The notes beneath the pieces are model-generated. The model was not told where the DNA came from, did not search any database, and saw only the letters and a program-made list of their open reading frames with translations. From positions 180,110,001 through 180,174,000 of the forward strand of contig OZ024741.1 of assembly GCA_964016885.1 (NCBI GenBank): a stretch of DNA of 64,000 bases. The letters run 5' to 3'. Both the position numbers and the translations under genes were made by a program. Numbering within the stretch: position 1 is the first letter of the stretch; every line of letters begins with the position of its first letter. The DNA comes from Eledone cirrhosa (Eukaryota). This document shows, piece by piece, positions 56,744-64,000 of this stretch.

Positions 56744-57056
56744 TTATATATATATATATATTATATACTCGATATATATATATCGATATATATATACTCG
56801 ATATATGTATACTCGATATATATATATACTCGATCTCATGTACACGTCGACCCTAGTATGCTTAATTGTTGTATTTATTTTTTTTTTTTAAATTTATTTT
56901 TTCTTTTTTTCTTTAGGACTTCTGATATTTTCTCAGGCGTACTACCATGGGTACCTGAGGGGCCCAGTTGTCATCAGGCAAGCTGATGACCTGGCCAGTC
57001 TGGATCTAGTACTGGATCTACCAACTCATAATATTATAATATTATAACATTATAAG

Positions 57057-57246
57057 GGCGGTGGATTGGCAGTATCGGTAGAGGGTCGGACGCCATGCTT
57101 TGACGCATAGAGTTACGGCCCTTTCCATTCTGAGTTCAAATCCCGCCGAGGTTAACTTTGCCTTTCATCCTTACGGGGTCGATAAAATAAAGTACTAGTC
57201 ATGTACTGGGTAATTGCTGGCCTTGTGCCAAAAGTAGAAACAATTA
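57057..57246 (+). mobile_element. tRNA-derived SINE
   Basis: Family consensus; attataacatta on both sides. Confidence 0.9.
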
Positions 57247-57539
57247 TAACATTAAATCAAAAAAAATTTTTAACACTAAAAGTGAAGTCAATCTTTTCCT
57301 TTTTTTCAAATATACCTAACTGTACCAAGGATCTCACACATTTTCCAATATATATATATATAACAAAGAAGGCGTAGTAAGTAACCAGGTGGACCATAAC
57401 GCACCAGAGTACTCGATACTTAGGGTAATAGGAAAAGAGTCAGGACCCCAGCCTTTCGACAGGTAGATCCAAACTAAACCTAGTTCGGGTCTAGCTGTCG
57501 AAACGGCTGGAGCTCAGCCGTCGGGGTCCTGACTCTTTT

Positions 57540-57870
<331 letters not shown>

Positions 57871-57876
57871 TATATA

Positions 57877-57922
<46 letters not shown>

Positions 57923-58038
57923 AAAATGTGTGAGATCCTTGGTACAGTTAGGTATATTTGAAAAAAAAGGAAAAGGAAAAGATGACTTCACTTGTAGTGT
58001 TAAAAAATTTATGATTTAATGTTATAATATTATAATAA

Positions 58039-58228
58039 AGGGCGGTGGATTGGCAGTATCGGTAGAGGGTCGGACGCCATGCTTTCCAGCATAGTTACGT
58101 CCCTTTACGATCTGAGTTCAAATCCCACCGAGGTTGACTTTGCCTTTCATCCTTACGGGGTCGATAAAATAAAGTACCAGTAATGCACTGGTTAATTGCT
58201 GGCCTTGTGCCTAAAGTAGAAACAATTA
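58039..58228 (+). mobile_element. tRNA-derived SINE
   Basis: Family consensus. Confidence 0.9.
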
Positions 58229-58291
58229 TATTATAATATTAAATCATAAATTTTTTAACACTACAAGTGAAGTCATTCTTTTCCTTTTTTT

Positions 58292-58344
<53 letters not shown>

Positions 58345-58591
58345 GCACACAAATATATGAAGTAATAGTGCATTAGTTCACTATTTTCATTGGTAAGATA
58401 GGTTAAGCTCAATGCCTCTTTTACCCTTCGTTCTTCCGGAGTGAATAGTTATAGTAGCAGAGCATTTATAATTCAGTAAGAACAAAGTTTTATATTATTG
58501 TTGTTTATTTTTGTTTATTTATACACACACACGCGCACACACACACACACACGCCCACACACGCCCACACACGCACACACACGCGCACACA

Positions 58592-58754
<163 letters not shown>

Positions 58755-58759
58755 GTTTA

Positions 58760-59062
58760 TAATTCGTTTTTTAATTTGTTTTGTGAGATTTCTTATCTGA
58801 AAACGTGTGTTGAAACAGATATTGTTATACAAAAAACAAATGGTGTAGGACAGAACAAAGGAGAGACACAAAATAAAAACCTAGTCACTGAGGGGGGTCT
58901 CAGAATGTGTGACGAAAGAGCTCTGACAATATATAAACAACCTTCCGGTTATCGAACCAACCAGCCAGCCAACCAACCAACCGGAAACCTATAATAAATT
59001 GAAGTAAAAAGCAACAGGTACGTGTGCTTTTGTTGGCAGCATGAACCTCCCAAAGTATAACA
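58760..59062 (+). mobile_element. Hammerhead-bearing repeat (motif at 58884-58927)
   Basis: Reverse-complement homologue of 26985-27292. Confidence 0.75.
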
Positions 59063-59082
59063 ACATGTATATATATATACAC

Positions 59083-59132
<50 letters not shown>

Positions 59133-59160
59133 ATGTATATATAAATATATATATACACAT

Positions 59161-59191
<31 letters not shown>

Positions 59192-59307
59192 CATATACAT
59201 GTGTATATATATATATATATATACATGTATATGTATATATATATATTTATATATACATATACATGTGTATATATATATATATATACATGTATATATATAT
59301 ACATGTG

Positions 59308-59349
<42 letters not shown>

Positions 59350-59357
59350 TATACATG

Positions 59358-59398
<41 letters not shown>

Positions 59399-59421
59399 AT
59401 GTATATATATATATATACATG

Positions 59422-59529
<108 letters not shown>

Positions 59530-60072
59530 TATATAGTAGTAGTGAGTAAAACCGAAATCCCAGCTGCGATTAGCACTTTTCGAAATCAATCTTCAGAAGC
59601 TGTCACTATGTGATGATAACGATAAATCGCTAAATCATAACTCAGAGTGATAACAATACGTTAGGGTGTGACACAGTCAAAACTGCGACCGAAGACATGT
59701 TGCCACAAAGCCTCTACAACAATGAAAATACAAACAGGTTAAAGTCGAACCTGGACCTGATAGATAGATAACATATAAATATTTTGGATTCACATCCGAG
59801 CTTTGGCGGGCAAATTCAAAAGTTTATATATATATGTCAACATGAATGGACCTGTTATTTTTATCTAAAGACATTTTTGCCTATTCCAACTGCCCGGCAC
59901 CTCAATCTATCTCATTTCTCATTCTTTCTTCTGATGAAGGACTAGCGTCCGAAACGCTAAGACACTCTTCCTGCTATATCCAGCGTTAACCTAATATTTC
60001 CTTTCCATATACTGTACCGATTGTGTTGTCATTTCTGTTTACCTTTTACATATATATATATACAGTATATAT

Positions 60073-60170
<98 letters not shown>

Positions 60171-60521
60171 ATAGGTTTACATATACATAAACTAGACAGA
60201 GCCGTAGATATAGATATATATATATGTTTTTGGCAACCATTCACGGTGTGGCTCAATGACGAATTAATTAATTAAATAATCAACAATCAGAGCAATATAT
60301 AAGAAAGTAAGTCCATTATACAGTATTTCTCCTCCCAATCAGCATAATTAACCACACAAGAAATCAATTAAATGAAGCTATAAGTTTAAAATGTACCTAT
60401 GAAGAAACAATAGATAAATAAATGATACCTATTTTATCTGCGATCCACAGCCACAGAAGATTTACCTAGTATTTCTAATAGCCCGTAGAAACTGATTAGA
60501 CATATAGTACGGACTTACTTT

Positions 60522-60657
<136 letters not shown>

Positions 60658-61739
60658 CACATATATATATATATATATACACATATATATATATATATAT
60701 ATAAGAAATTATATATATATAAGAGAAACACAGATTTAAGGTGGCAGAGTCGTTAATACGTTGGATGTTTCTTTCGGGTTACTGCGTTCTGAATTCAGAG
60801 GTCCACTTTGCCTTTCATCATTTCAGGGTCAATAAAAATAGTGCCAGCTAAGTGCTTGTCCAGGTCTTTCTCCTTCCAATTGATACTTCCTCAATGTTCC
60901 GCTGGATCAATTGAGGGAGGGCTGAAATGGTTTTTGAACATGTTCACGGCTGTATGGACACCTAAAACTTTTAACCAAATCATGGTATATACTATCAAGT
61001 TAAACCCGAATGCAAGTGACTGCTGCAGTGTTTGTGTGTGTGAAATTAGATATAAGCAAGGTTCATTATTTCCAGTGTCCAGCACACAACATAAAAAATG
61101 AATATCGTACTACTGTAAGTATTAAATATGAGTATTGGAGAAGAAACAAGATAAATCAAAACGACTGGGCAGTGTTATATCTATCTATCTGTCCATCCAT
61201 CCATCTATCTATTATCTATCAATCTATCTATCTATCTATCTATTTGTCTGTCTATCTATCTACCCATCTATCTATTTATCTATCTATCTATTAATTTATC
61301 TACCTATCGACCTATCTGTCTGTCTATCTATCTGTATATCTATATCTATATATCGATCTATCTACCATTCTTCCTTTCTTTTAATTTGCCTCATAACACA
61401 CCAAAGTAAATAGTCAACTAATACCATCTCATAAATATATCGCTATAAAAATGATTTCAGTCGTTTTTCAATCAAGCCTCTTTGTTCGTATATCACGCAA
61501 TTATGAATATAAACCTCACTATACCGTTCAGCTTCAATAAATTTGTTATAGCATTATATATTATTTTCCAAAGCTTTTTTTCTTCTTTCCCTTTTGAGCT
61601 TCTCTTCACCGTAGTATTTGCGAAACCAAACTATATGAAAAAAGTTCTTACAGTTTCATCGTCGAATCCAACATGTATCAAATGGGAATTGATAAACTGC
61701 TTCCAGCCCTGTCTCAATGGATTTTTCACTTTGTAATCT

Positions 61740-61900
61740 TTCTAATAATTCTTTCACAACAGGAATTTTATTATCTTCAGTTCAGTTTCGACCAGTTGTG
61801 TGTCTTTTATCAACATATTTTGTTGCTTTAAAATGTTTAATCAAACGCGTTGTGGTGGCAATTTGACAGAAAAGAGATTATTATGAAGGCAAATTATGTT
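61740..61900 (-). mobile_element. Possible decayed Tc1/mariner transposase N-terminal fragment
   Basis: TTRLIKHFKATKYVDKRHTTGR resembles the TIxRLxKKFxxTGSVxDxxRxGR motif; weak match. Confidence 0.25.
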
Positions 61901-62431
61901 CTTCTTATAAGCATTCCTGAAGTAATATCAGCAATAACAAGGTTGTAATAATAAAAATAGTTATCTGTTTAAATCCTTATTAACCCGAAACATAAAAAAA
62001 ATGAATTAATAAAACTGGTTTCAGTTATTGGACTGCAGCCATATTGGAGTATCACCATCAAAAGTTTAGTCGATTTTATCAACACAAGTACATACTTATT
62101 TTATCGATCTCTCTCCATACACTATAACCGGCGAATTGGCAGTCATTAGAACGTCGGAAAGAAGGCTTTGCAGTATTCGTTCCGGCTGTCTACACTCCGA
62201 GTTCAAATCCTAACTTTGCCTTTCATCCTTTCAAGTGCAATAAAAAAAAATATCAGTCGAGTACTGTGGTCGATTCTTCCTCTATATATTTTTCTCACTA
62301 CCTCTCTATCATTTACTCTCTCCTTCTCTGACAGAAATCGGCTGTGTTCAGGTCTGGAGAAGAGATGAGCTCCGCCAGGTTTTAAATGCCCATGCGTCAA
62401 TACGGCGCCCGCACGTATACCCCTCCACACA

Positions 62432-63947
<1,516 letters not shown>

Positions 63948-64000
63948 TAGAAGGGATATTTAATTAGTTGGAACTTTTCAACAAATATAAATGTTTATAA

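Overview
Eukaryotic, AT-rich, microsatellite-saturated DNA with no supportable host protein-coding gene. The SINE family and the (TA)n/(CA)n/(CTAT)n load suggest a mollusc, probably a cephalopod such as Octopus; this is inference. Nearly all long ORFs in the track are artefacts of simple repeats. The window is a mosaic of dead or non-autonomous transposons: about 20 copies of one tRNA-derived SINE, 5'-truncated Tx1/L1, R4/Dong and CR1 LINE ends, Penelope-like element (PLE) remnants of Neptune and Naiad type, non-autonomous Helitrons, Tc1/mariner MITEs and a 2.8 kb array of a 54 bp unit. The main signal is an unusually dense set of type I hammerhead ribozyme motifs: about 24 found by eye, in roughly 10 sequence families. 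Many sit in asymmetric head-to-head fold-back palindromes inserted in (TA)n. One copy carries a cluster of A-to-G changes mirrored in both arms, which looks like ADAR editing fixed in DNA. Two families use a compensatory U3-A8 core. A Naiad remnant has a UGA at a conserved Cys position. All coordinates and structures were read by eye and may be off by a few bases.
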